From an uncultured Spirochaetota bacterium (GTDB taxonomy: Bacteria > Spirochaetota > Spirochaetia > SZUA-6 > Fen-1364), in NCBI GenBank assembly GCA_963781885.1, contig CAWAHW010000002.1:256001-320000 (forward strand): DNA of 64,000 nt. The letters are read 5' to 3'. The translations under genes were made by a program, and so were the position numbers. Position 1 is the first letter of the stretch, and the number at the start of each line of letters is the position of its first letter. The notes below the pieces were generated by a model, which saw nothing but the letters and a program-made list of their open reading frames with translations, had not been told where the DNA came from and searched no databases. Positions 19,746 to 30,058 of the stretch are shown piece after piece.

Positions 19746-21029
19746 TCAGGCGCGGGCGCGGCGCGCCGCGGCCAGCGCCTCGAAGACGGTCCGCAGGCGC
19801 AGGATGCGGAGGATGAGAAGAGACATGAGCATCTGTGCCAGGGCGAGGATCAGGGGAATGGCGAGCGTGCCTCGCCGTGCATTTCCCCGGCGCCCGGCGG
19901 AGCGCGCGTACATCTGCTCCGTGAGGTCCATGTTATGCGCCCAGTCGAAGGGGCGGACGCGCTCGCGCGCGGCGTTGCACATCTGTTCGTAGGCGTCGTC
20001 CCCGGTCTCGCACAGCTCCCGCACCGCGCGCGCGAACTCCTCCGGCGTCGCATCCCGGGGCAGCCGCCGACCGACGCGATCGTCCACGAGCTGGTCGATC
20101 GTCTCATTGGAGAGCCCCAGCACGGGCGTGCCGGATGCAAGCGCCTCCATGACGGCGAGGCTTTGCACCTCGCGCAGGGAGGCGGATACCCACAGTGACG
20201 TCCGCGCGAGATGCCGGGGCACCTGGGCGTGGTCGAGCCTGCCAGCGAAGGTGACACGACTTCGCAGCGAGGCCTCCATCGAGGCGTCGATGCGCCGGCG
20301 GTACTGGTGGTCGACGTCGTGCCCGATGAGAAGGAGCCGGTAGTCCTCCGGCAGGCAGCGCAGCACGGACACGAGGTATTTCTGGTTCTTGCGCGGGATG
20401 ACGTCGCCCACGAATGTCAGCACCTTCTCCATTTTGCTGATCGGGGTGGGGGAGTGGCCGTCGTACAGCGCGAGGGTGCGGCCGTTGGGGATGATGGAGA
20501 GGCGGCCCCGGTAGCCGATCCCGCGGATGTCCTCCGCCGCGGCGGTGTTCAGCGCCACGACGCCGGTGCAGTGCCGGCAGAAGCTCACGATGTACGTGCT
20601 GGCAAGGACCCGCATGAGCGAGCTCTGGAGGAAGCCGCTCATGTAGCGGATCATGCCCCAGCCGAGTATTTTCGACGGCAGCTCGTGCGCCGTGAAGTAG
20701 AAGGGCACGCCGTTCCAGAATGCCCAGAGCTGCACCATCACCCCGAGAAACCAGGGGGTGTGGGAATGAATGACGTCGGGGTGAAAGGAATCGAGAAAAC
20801 GAAACAACGCGCGTATCTCCCCGCCCGTCATTGCAGGAAGGGTGTAGTCCAGGCTTCGCACCGGATACACCTTGAGCGATGCTCCCGGGGGTAGGACACC
20901 GGCGTCTTTGCCAGGGAAAAGAAGCGTGACGTCATGGCGCTTCGAGAGCTCGACTGCGAACTCGAAGCTCATGCGCCCTTCGCCCCCACCGAACTGCTGC
21001 TCATGCGAGGAAACAACGAGTATCTTCAT
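19746..21029 (-). CDS. GT4 glycosyltransferase (glycosyl-diacylglycerol synthase-like) with C-terminal hydrophobic tail
   Basis: PDVIHSHTP, IIPNG, KNQ and EVQSLAVMEALASGTPV (EX7E) motifs. Confidence 0.85.
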   Translation of the reverse strand: MKILVVSSHEQQFGGGEGRMSFEFAVELSKRHDVTLLFPGKDAGVLPPGASLKVYPVRSLDYTLPAMTGGEIRALFRFLDSFHPDVIHSHTPWFLGVMVQLWAFWNGVPFYFTAHELPSKILGWGMIRYMSGFLQSSLMRVLASTYIVSFCRHCTGVVALNTAAAEDIRGIGYRGRLSIIPNGRTLALYDGHSPTPISKMEKVLTFVGDVIPRKNQKYLVSVLRCLPEDYRLLLIGHDVDHQYRRRIDASMEASLRSRVTFAGRLDHAQVPRHLARTSLWVSASLREVQSLAVMEALASGTPVLGLSNETIDQLVDDRVGRRLPRDATPEEFARAVRELCETGDDAYEQMCNAARERVRPFDWAHNMDLTEQMYARSAGRRGNARRGTLAIPLILALAQMLMSLLILRILRLRTVFEALAAARRARA

Positions 21030-21179
21030 GCTTGGCGAATTTCTATCATACGGAAATCCCGGAAGACTGTCAATGCGAGCGGGCTCTGCGCCGCGCGGGC
21101 CCGCCGTCAGCGCCGGGTGCATGTGCGGCGGCATTTGACTTGACTTCGCGCGGGGCTGTTCCTATTGTTCCGGCGGGTC

Positions 21180-22376
21180 ATGAGCGGCGCGCAGACCTCG
21201 GCACACAAGGCTTCTTCTCACGTGCGGTCGCTGAAGGGTCGACGTGACAACCTTGCCGCCTTCCTTCTCCTGAGCCCTTCCGCGCTCATCATCGGCGTCT
21301 TCGGCATCTTCCCCCTCTTTTTCACCGCGTATGTGAGTCTCTTCCGGTGGCGTCTGGCGCGCGGAAGGTTCACCGGTTTCGACAACTTCGTCTCCCTGTT
21401 CGGAGCAAGCCCGCTTGCCCTGGCTGCCGTCTGCGCGGCGGTGGCGGGCGCAGCTCTGGCGATATTCCTCCTTCGACGGCGCGGGGCCCGGCGGCGCGGC
21501 CGCGGCGCGGTCGGCGCCATTCTGCTCGCCTTCTCTCTTGGCATTTTTGCCGCGGCGCTTCCGTACCTGGCGGCGCAGGGCGACAAGGAGGTTTTCGACG
21601 CGCTGCGGGTGACCGTCTGGTACTGCGTCTGCACGGTTCCCGTGCAGCTCGTCGCCGGGCTGCTGCTCGCGCTTCTCCTTTCGAGACCCATGAGAGGAAG
21701 ACAGGCATTCCGGGTCATCAGCCTCATGCCCTATATCGCACCGACGGTCGCCACGGCTGCCATCTTCGAGCTTCTCTTCTCCCTGCGGCCCGATTCCTTC
21801 GCCAACCAGGTCCTCCGGGTTTTCGGGATATCCCCCCTGCAATGGCTGGAGGAGCCAAAGGGGATATTCGCCCTGCTCTTCGGCGGCGCAGGGCAGGCCG
21901 GCGCTTCTGGCGTGATTCCGGCATACTGGTCCGCCTGGGCGCAGGGGCCGAGCCTTGCGCTCGTGGCGATCGTCTTCTATAGCTGGTGGGTGTTCGTCGG
22001 CTACTATGCCCTCATCTACATCAACGGGCTGGCCGCCATTCCGCGGCAGCTCTATGAGGCGGCCCAGATGGACGGGGCGGGAAAGCTCAGGAGCTTCTTC
22101 TCCATCACCCTTCCCCTCCTTTCGCCCACCACGTACTTCCTGACCCTTCTGGGGGTCATCGGGACCTTCAAGGCATTCACGCAGCTGTACGTCCTGCGCA
22201 ATCCCGCGGTCGGCTCGGCCGTCGACCCCATCAGCGTGTCCATTTTTTTCACCGCGTTCCGCAAGGGGAACATGGGGTATGCGGCCGCCGTTTCCCTGCT
22301 TCTGTTTGCGATCGTCCTCGGGCTCACCGTGGTCCAGCAGCGCACGGCGGGAAGCCGCGTGAGCTATGGCGACTGA
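21180..22376 (+). CDS. CUT1 ABC transporter permease (UgpA-like)
   Basis: EAA motif LYEAAQMDGA, ITLPLLSPT, GYAAA; multiple TM helices. Confidence 0.9.
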   Translation: MSGAQTSAHKASSHVRSLKGRRDNLAAFLLLSPSALIIGVFGIFPLFFTAYVSLFRWRLARGRFTGFDNFVSLFGASPLALAAVCAAVAGAALAIFLLRRRGARRRGRGAVGAILLAFSLGIFAAALPYLAAQGDKEVFDALRVTVWYCVCTVPVQLVAGLLLALLLSRPMRGRQAFRVISLMPYIAPTVATAAIFELLFSLRPDSFANQVLRVFGISPLQWLEEPKGIFALLFGGAGQAGASGVIPAYWSAWAQGPSLALVAIVFYSWWVFVGYYALIYINGLAAIPRQLYEAAQMDGAGKLRSFFSITLPLLSPTTYFLTLLGVIGTFKAFTQLYVLRNPAVGSAVDPISVSIFFTAFRKGNMGYAAAVSLLLFAIVLGLTVVQQRTAGSRVSYGD

Positions 22377-23253
22377 GGACACGGGACATGCTCCGCACGC
22401 GGCACGGCCGCATCCACGCCCCACCGCCGGCGGCGTCGCGGTTGTCGTCCTCCTGACGCTTGTGTCATTCCTCTTCCTTCTTCCCTTCCTCTACATGCTG
22501 AGCACGTCACTGAAGACCGTTGGTGAGACGATCATCAGGGTCAATCCATTTCCCTTCCATCCGGAGTTCTGGCCGTCGGTGCCCCAGTGGTCCAACTATG
22601 CGACCGCCTGGACCACGGCGAACTTCAGCCTCTTCTTCCGCAACAGCATCGTCACCGCGGCCCTCACGGTGGCGGGGCTCATGTTCACCTCCGTGCTTGC
22701 CGCCTATGCCTTTGCAAAGATCCAATTCGCCGGTGCGCCTCTGGTCTTCTCCATCTTCATCGCGACGCTCGTCATACCGGAAAGCGTCTATCTCATCCCG
22801 AACTTCATCCTCATCACTCGGCTGGGCTGGTACGACACCCTTGCCGGGCTCACGGTTCCGTTCATGGCAAGCGCCTTTTCCATCTTTCTCCTGCGCCAGT
22901 TCCTCGCGCAGCTGCCCAACGAGCTCTTGGAGAGCGCCCGCATGGACGGGGCGGGCCATCCCCGGCTCCTCCTCTCCATCGTCCTGCCGTTGTCGGCGCC
23001 CCCCCTCTTCACGGTCGCCTTCCTCGCCTTCGTCGGGTCCTGGAACTCCCTCCAGTGGCCGCTGGTCGCCACGCAGACCATGCGCTGGAGGCCCATCACG
23101 GTGGGGCTCGCGACATTCGTCACGGAGGCCGGCCCGCAGAACCAGCTCCGCATGGCCGGCGCGATGATCTCCGTGCTGCCCGTCGTGCTCGCCTATTTCT
23201 TCGCGCAGAAGCAGTTCACCGAGGCCATTGCGAGGAGTGGTATCAAGGGCTGA
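22366..23253 (+). CDS. CUT1 ABC transporter permease (UgpE-like)
   Basis: AYAFAK, IFLLRQF, ELLESARMDGA and WNSLQWP motifs. Confidence 0.9.
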   Translation: MATEDTGHAPHAARPHPRPTAGGVAVVVLLTLVSFLFLLPFLYMLSTSLKTVGETIIRVNPFPFHPEFWPSVPQWSNYATAWTTANFSLFFRNSIVTAALTVAGLMFTSVLAAYAFAKIQFAGAPLVFSIFIATLVIPESVYLIPNFILITRLGWYDTLAGLTVPFMASAFSIFLLRQFLAQLPNELLESARMDGAGHPRLLLSIVLPLSAPPLFTVAFLAFVGSWNSLQWPLVATQTMRWRPITVGLATFVTEAGPQNQLRMAGAMISVLPVVLAYFFAQKQFTEAIARSGIKG

Positions 23254-23336
23254 TTTTCCTTATCTTGTGTGCGGGGGATCGCGCGTGCGGAACCCCGCAG
23301 CAAGGGATAAGGCAGGCAATCATGAGGGAGGAGCAC

Positions 23337-24644
23337 ATGAAGAAGTCTCTGCTCGCAGCGGCGCTGCTGTTCGCGGCGTCCGCGCTCTTCGCGCAGGGCA
23401 AGGATCTGGCGGGGGTGGACCCGACAGGGGCGGCGATCAACTACTGGTTCCAGTTCTCCGGGGCGAGCGGCGACGCGATGCAGAAGATGATCGCCGACTT
23501 CAACGCGACCAACGCCCAGAAGATCACCGTCACGGGCACCTACCAGGGCCCCTACGACCAGGTCTACAACAAGATGCTCGCGGCCATCGCGGCGAAGAAC
23601 CCGCCCGAGCTTGTCGTCGCCTACCAGAACCAGGCCGCCACCTACGCGGTCAACGACGCCCTTGCGGACATGAACGTGTACGTGAAGGATCCGAAGTGGG
23701 GCCTCGGCGCGGACATCAGCGACTTTTTCGCCGGTTTCATCAACCAGGACGTCAACGCCCAGTTCGGCGGCAAGCGCCTGGGATTCCCGCCCAATCGCTC
23801 CCTGGATGTCCTGTACGTCAACATGAGCCTCCTGAAGTCGGTCGGCATCACCGCCCCGCCGAAGACGTGGGATGAGTTCACCGTCGACTGCCGGAAGGTG
23901 ACGAACAAGGACACGGGAACCTACGGCTACGCGGTGGACAATCTTGACGCCTCCAACGTCTTTGCGTTCCTCATCTCGCGCGGGGGCGACTTTGCCCGGC
24001 CCGACGGGAAGGGGTACACCCTGAACACCCCCGTCATGAAGACGACGATGCTGTACGTCGCCGGGTTGGTGAAGCAGGGCTACGCCCGGCTCATCCCCAA
24101 GAAATACGACGATCAGAACGATTTCGGCAACGGCCTGGTGGCATTCACGACCGGTTCGACCTCCGGCTATGCCTACTACGCGGCGGCGGTGAAGGCGAAC
24201 AAGAACGGCCCCTTCGACTGGGCCGTCGCACCGATCCCCCAGGCGACAGCAACGAACGCGCCGGCGATGAACCTGTACGGTGCGAGCGTGAGCATCCCGA
24301 AGAGCACGCCCCCGCGGCAGCTCGCCGCCTGGCTTTTCATCAAATGGTTCTCCGAGCCGAAGCAGCAGGCCGCCTGGACCCACGTCACGCATTACTTCCC
24401 CGTCCGCCGGGCCGCCGAGCCGCTCATCAAGGATCTCCTGGACAGCGACCCGACCTTCGCGGCCGCGTGGTCTCTCCTGAAGACCGCGACGCTGAAGACA
24501 GAGCCTCCGTATGCCGGGTACGACCTCGCGCGCGACGCGGTGGTCGCGGCGTACACCGCCGTGCTCAACGGCGGGGACCCCGATGCGGCGCTCGCCGCCC
24601 TGCAGACCAAGGCCGACAGGATTTTCCAGGACTCCGCCCCCTAG
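23337..24644 (+). CDS. ABC transporter substrate-binding protein (UgpB-like)
   Basis: Signal peptide MKKSLLAAALL; GGAGGAG RBS; PPKTWDE and AAWLFIKW motifs. Confidence 0.88.
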   Translation: MKKSLLAAALLFAASALFAQGKDLAGVDPTGAAINYWFQFSGASGDAMQKMIADFNATNAQKITVTGTYQGPYDQVYNKMLAAIAAKNPPELVVAYQNQAATYAVNDALADMNVYVKDPKWGLGADISDFFAGFINQDVNAQFGGKRLGFPPNRSLDVLYVNMSLLKSVGITAPPKTWDEFTVDCRKVTNKDTGTYGYAVDNLDASNVFAFLISRGGDFARPDGKGYTLNTPVMKTTMLYVAGLVKQGYARLIPKKYDDQNDFGNGLVAFTTGSTSGYAYYAAAVKANKNGPFDWAVAPIPQATATNAPAMNLYGASVSIPKSTPPRQLAAWLFIKWFSEPKQQAAWTHVTHYFPVRRAAEPLIKDLLDSDPTFAAAWSLLKTATLKTEPPYAGYDLARDAVVAAYTAVLNGGDPDAALAALQTKADRIFQDSAP

Positions 24645-24661
24645 TACGCGATCAGCGCCCG

Positions 24662-24693
24662 AGGCGGCACTCCCCGTGGGGTGCCGCCTTTTT
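24662..24693 (+). terminator. Intrinsic terminator of the ABC operon
   Basis: AGGCGGCAC/GTGCCGCCT stem followed by a T tract. Confidence 0.85.
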
Positions 24694-24761
24694 GATGCGG
24701 CCGCCGAATCGGCGGCATTCTTGTTTCATCCGCCGTCCACCCGTGATAAACTCCCTGCCAT

Positions 24762-26195
24762 ATGTTGAAAACCCCGCGTGGCGTGAGCTCCGGTCTTCCG
24801 TTCCTTCTTCCCGCAAAGAACCCATGGCTCCTGAGGCTGGCCCGCCTGGGATCGTGGCTTTACGTCCGCATGGGCAACCACGTGCGGCGCGAAGAACTTT
24901 TCGGCATCGAACGCCTTGTGCGGGCCTACCAGGGCATGCAGGAAGGAACCCTGCGTCTCATCGTCGCTTTCCGCCATCCCGGCGTGGAGGACGGCACGGT
25001 GGTCTTCCGTCTGATGTGCGGCATCGTGGGGCGGGAAGCCCGCCGCCTGGGAATCCAGCTGCGCCGACCGCCGCGGGGGTACTTCCTCTTCGGGCGCGAC
25101 GTGCCCCTCTGGGCGGGCGGCTTTCTCTCCTGGATGCTGCCCCTGCTCGGTGCCATCTCCGTGTACCCCGGGCGCTTCGAGGCGCAAAGCATCAACACGA
25201 TACGCCGCTATGTCGCCGACATGCCGCACCCGGTCGCCCTGGCCCCCGAGGGGCAGGTCACCTACCACAACGAGCGGGTCGCGGCGCTGGAATCCGGCAC
25301 CGCGCAGTTCGCCTTCTGGTGCGTGGAGGAGATGAAGAAGCAGTCCCGCAACGAACGCGTCGTGATCGTGCCGGTGTGTACGAGCTACCACTACGACCCG
25401 CGCGATTGGAAAGGGCTGCTCGCCCTGCTCGCGAAGATAGAGCGGGAATGCGGCCTCGACCCGCTGGACTCCCTGACCCCGCGGGCCAGCCGCCGGGACC
25501 GCATGCCGCCGGATGCCGAGGCGCGGGAAAAGATACACGTCCGCGTCATGCGGATCAGCCGGCACCTCGTCGACGTCGCGGAGGACTTCTATCGGCGTTT
25601 CTACGGCGTCGCGTTCCCGCCGCCCAAGGAGGAGGAGAGGCCCGCGGACCTGCAGGCCCGGCTGCGCGGCGTGTGCGAGGCGGCCCTTGGCACGGCGGAG
25701 AGCTACTTCCAGGTCAGGCCGCGCGGCGATTTCGTCCAGCGCGTGCAGGCCGTGCGCATGGCGGGTCTGGCCCGGATCTACCGCGACGACATCGCGGACG
25801 TCGACGCCCTGTCCGGCGTCGCGCGCGCGCTGGGGGACAGGATCGCCCAGGAGAGCTGGCTGCGCCTGCGCCACATGGAGCTCGTCGACGTCCTGGAGTA
25901 CGTGCGCGCCGATTATCTGCAACCGGACTCGGGATTCGACCGTTTCGTGGAGTCCATCACGAATCTCTGGGACGTCGTGAACAGGCTGGAAGGCGGCAAT
26001 GTCTCGGGTCGCATCAACCCTTTTGCCAAGACGGCGCGCATCGTGGTGAACGAGCCCATCGAGGTCTCGCGCCGCTGGGAGGAATACCGGGGCGACAGGC
26101 GGCGGGCAGTGGCATCCCTCACCCAGGAAATCCTCGCCAGTTTCCGCGCCGTCGCCGAGCACGGCAACATGCCCGCGGATGGCAGAGGCGTTTGA
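24762..26195 (+). CDS. PlsC-superfamily glycerolipid acyltransferase
   Basis: HxxxxD motif (AFRHPGVED) and LAPEG block. Confidence 0.75.
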   Translation: MLKTPRGVSSGLPFLLPAKNPWLLRLARLGSWLYVRMGNHVRREELFGIERLVRAYQGMQEGTLRLIVAFRHPGVEDGTVVFRLMCGIVGREARRLGIQLRRPPRGYFLFGRDVPLWAGGFLSWMLPLLGAISVYPGRFEAQSINTIRRYVADMPHPVALAPEGQVTYHNERVAALESGTAQFAFWCVEEMKKQSRNERVVIVPVCTSYHYDPRDWKGLLALLAKIERECGLDPLDSLTPRASRRDRMPPDAEAREKIHVRVMRISRHLVDVAEDFYRRFYGVAFPPPKEEERPADLQARLRGVCEAALGTAESYFQVRPRGDFVQRVQAVRMAGLARIYRDDIADVDALSGVARALGDRIAQESWLRLRHMELVDVLEYVRADYLQPDSGFDRFVESITNLWDVVNRLEGGNVSGRINPFAKTARIVVNEPIEVSRRWEEYRGDRRRAVASLTQEILASFRAVAEHGNMPADGRGV

Positions 26196-26220
26196 CAAAA
26201 CCCGCCAGGATGTCCATACT
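26192..26220 (+). promoter_or_regulatory. sigma70 promoter for the small Zn-ribbon gene
   Basis: TTGACA-N17-CATACT. Confidence 0.7.
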
Positions 26221-26248
26221 CTGCGCATCGGCGGGGGGGGGAAAAAAA

Positions 26249-26431
26249 GTGGAGCAAGTGCAGAAGAAGGAAGGCCTTGTCTGTGTGTGCGCGGAATGTC
26301 AGAAAGTGATCAAGATAGTCGGCACCATCCCGCCCGGCGGCAGTCCATTGCTCAGTCACGGCATCTGCCCCGAATGCGCCGAAAGGCTCTACGGGGACAT
26401 CTTTCGCGGCACCGACTCCTCTCCAAAGTAG
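26249..26431 (+). CDS. 60-aa stand-alone zinc-ribbon protein (CxxC...SHGICxxC)
   Basis: VCAECQKVI...LSHGICPECAERLY; GTG start after a G-rich RBS and its own promoter. Confidence 0.75.
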   Translation: MEQVQKKEGLVCVCAECQKVIKIVGTIPPGGSPLLSHGICPECAERLYGDIFRGTDSSPK

Positions 26432-26457
26432 AGGCGCCCTGACCGCGTGAACCGGAT

Positions 26458-27599
26458 TCAGACCACGGTGCGCGGCAGAAGCGGGCTGATGCGCGTCACG
26501 ATCTCATAATTGATCGTGCCCGCCCATTCCGCCATGGTCTCCGCGCTGATCCTTTCCTCGCCCGAGCTTCCCAGGAGCACGACCTCATCCTCCAGGTGCG
26601 CTCCGGCGACGTCGGTGAGATCCACCATCGTGAGATTCATGCAAATCCTGCCCAGGACCGGTGCCCGTCTTCCCCTCACAAGGACATGCGCGCGGTTGCC
26701 GAGGGCCCGGTCGTAGCCGTCCGAGTAGCCGACGGGGAGCACGCCGAGCACGGTCTGGCGCGTCGTCCGGTACGAGCAGCCATAGCCCACGTAGCTGCCC
26801 TCCGGGATCGTCTTCACCTGCGCGATTCTTGTCTTCCACGTGAGCACGGGGCGGAAATCCGGCACCGCGCCTCCCTTTTCGCGCGCGGCGAGCAGCGTCT
26901 CCCGCGACGGCCACAGGCCGTACAAGCCGATGCCGAATCGGAGCATCGTGAAGTGCGTGTTCGGGAAGAGCAGGGCAGCGGCGGTGCACGCGGTATGGAC
27001 GTACGGCAGCGCCCCCACTGTCCGGTCCACCGTCCCAAGGGCCTCTTCGAAGCGCCTGATCTGCAAGGCGGCAAAATCGTGATTCAGGGTGTCTTCGATG
27101 TTGGCGTAGTGCGTCGAGATGCCTTCCACGACGACGTGGGGGCGGCCCTTCAACAAGCGGAGAAAAGATTCCAGGCCGTCAGGGAGCACGCCCTGCCGGG
27201 AGGTGCCCGTGTCCACCTTCACGTGTACGCGCGCGGGGTGCGCGGGGGTGGCAAGGCTGGCGAGCTTCTCCACCGTCTCCGCGTTGTACACGGTGAGCCG
27301 CAGGTCGGCCTCCAGCGCGTCGCCCAGCGCCTCCAACAGGACGTGGCCGAGCAGGAGGATGGGCCGGGTGACGCCACCGGCCCGAAGCTCGAGGCCCTCC
27401 TCCAGCGAATTGACGCCGAACCACTCCGCCGACGGCAGGAGCGACGCGATGGTGAGGGCGCCATGGCCGTAGGCATTTCCCTTTATCACGGCGCATGCCA
27501 TGACGCCGGGCGCCGCCCCTGCGCGGATCTGCCGCAGGTTATGATCGGGCGCCGAGCCGTCGATTTCCACCCAGACGAGCCCAGTGCTTCGGAGGCCGT

Positions 27600-27603
<4 letters not shown>
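26458..27603 (-). CDS. alr: Alanine racemase
   Basis: [11 protein letters not shown] (PLP Lys), HVKVDTG, GYSDG and GRICMN motifs. Confidence 0.95.
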
Positions 27604-28715
<1,112 letters not shown>

Positions 28716-28801
28716 GTCGGCGCCTCCATGAAGCACAGGGTACATACGCGACCGGAAAAGTCAACAATTGGGCTGGACGGCGTTTGACGGGGCGTCGGCT
28801 T

Positions 28802-30007
28802 TCAGTTTTCCAGGATGGTGATCTCCACCCGGCGATTTTTCTTCCGCCCTTCCTCGTTTGAGTTGTCGCCGATGGGCGAGCTGGCCCCCATTCCCCTCAC
28901 CGTCATCTGGGATGCTTTTCGCGCCCCGATCGAGAGGAGGAAATTGGCCGCAGCCTTGGCCCTCTGCGTCGAAAGGGTCTGGTAGTCCTCCTCGGTATAT
29001 CCCGCCGCGCGCGCGGTGAATCCGCTCACGGCGATGTCCCTGTCAGGGTACTGCGCGAGGATCTGTCCGATGCGCCGCAGCTTGTCCTGCTCGGGGGGAA
29101 GCAGCGTATCCGAGTCGGGCGGAAAGTTCACGTTTTCCATTGTTATCGTGACGCCGGTGGCGCTCGGCGCGACCGACACGCCGGGTATCTTTTGCGCGTC
29201 TATCTGTTTCTGGATGTCTCCGGCCACCTGCACCTTGTCCAGCGGGGCGGACGGTATGAGAGTCCCTTTCGAATCGCCCTTGTATTCAACCTGGTCGCCC
29301 GTATTGAAGGAGTAGAGGAAATCGAAGCTCTCTTCATCATAAAGGGGTCGTCGCCCCGCGATGTCCCACCAGAACTTCTGATGCGAATAGCCGGCAACCC
29401 GCGTCGGGTACATCTTCCCCGTCGCCGCGGCGGTCACCGGATGAAAGATCTCGTAATTGATGGAAAAGACCGCGCAATCGACGCCGTCACGGGTTTCCCT
29501 CCCGGTATAGGTATATTCCACGTCGATCGGAAATTGAAATGGCTGCGGGATCCCGAAATTGGCCCTGAAGTCGTCCACCTCGCTGCCGCGGGCAAGCCAT
29601 GTGTCGCCCTGCTTGATTTCACCGTCGGGAAAGAGCGGGACGTCACGCACCATGGGCATGAAAAGCGATGGATCGATGGTGTAGGCGCCCCGGGCATCCC
29701 GCCAGAATGTGGAGGTGTATTCCTCGCTCCAGTCATAGGGGGCATCGGAACCGACGACGCGCTCCGAGTCCTCGTAGGTGACGTCGTGCAGCCCCGCGTC
29801 GCCCTTGGTGTCGGTCACCGTCACGGCGATCTTGTCCAGGATGTCGGAATCGTGGGAGTAGCTTCCATTCACGTAGACCGACTCCCGGATCTGCGACACG
29901 ATGCGGTACTTCTCCCCCTTCGTGTAGGCGAAGCGGAAGGTGTCCGCCGACGCGGCGCCGCCGCCGGCAAAAAGCGCCGCGACCAACAGGCAGAGGATTC
30001 GTTTCAT
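28802..30007 (-). CDS. OmpA-family (peptidoglycan-binding C-terminal domain) exported protein
   Basis: Signal peptide; C-terminal LSTQRAKA...GRKKNRRVEITIL. Confidence 0.88.
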   Translation of the reverse strand: MKRILCLLVAALFAGGGAASADTFRFAYTKGEKYRIVSQIRESVYVNGSYSHDSDILDKIAVTVTDTKGDAGLHDVTYEDSERVVGSDAPYDWSEEYTSTFWRDARGAYTIDPSLFMPMVRDVPLFPDGEIKQGDTWLARGSEVDDFRANFGIPQPFQFPIDVEYTYTGRETRDGVDCAVFSINYEIFHPVTAAATGKMYPTRVAGYSHQKFWWDIAGRRPLYDEESFDFLYSFNTGDQVEYKGDSKGTLIPSAPLDKVQVAGDIQKQIDAQKIPGVSVAPSATGVTITMENVNFPPDSDTLLPPEQDKLRRIGQILAQYPDRDIAVSGFTARAAGYTEEDYQTLSTQRAKAAANFLLSIGARKASQMTVRGMGASSPIGDNSNEEGRKKNRRVEITILEN

Positions 30008-30058
30008 GACGCTCTCCTTGACAGCGCGGGCGCGTTTCTCTATTCTCGAAAAAAGTAC

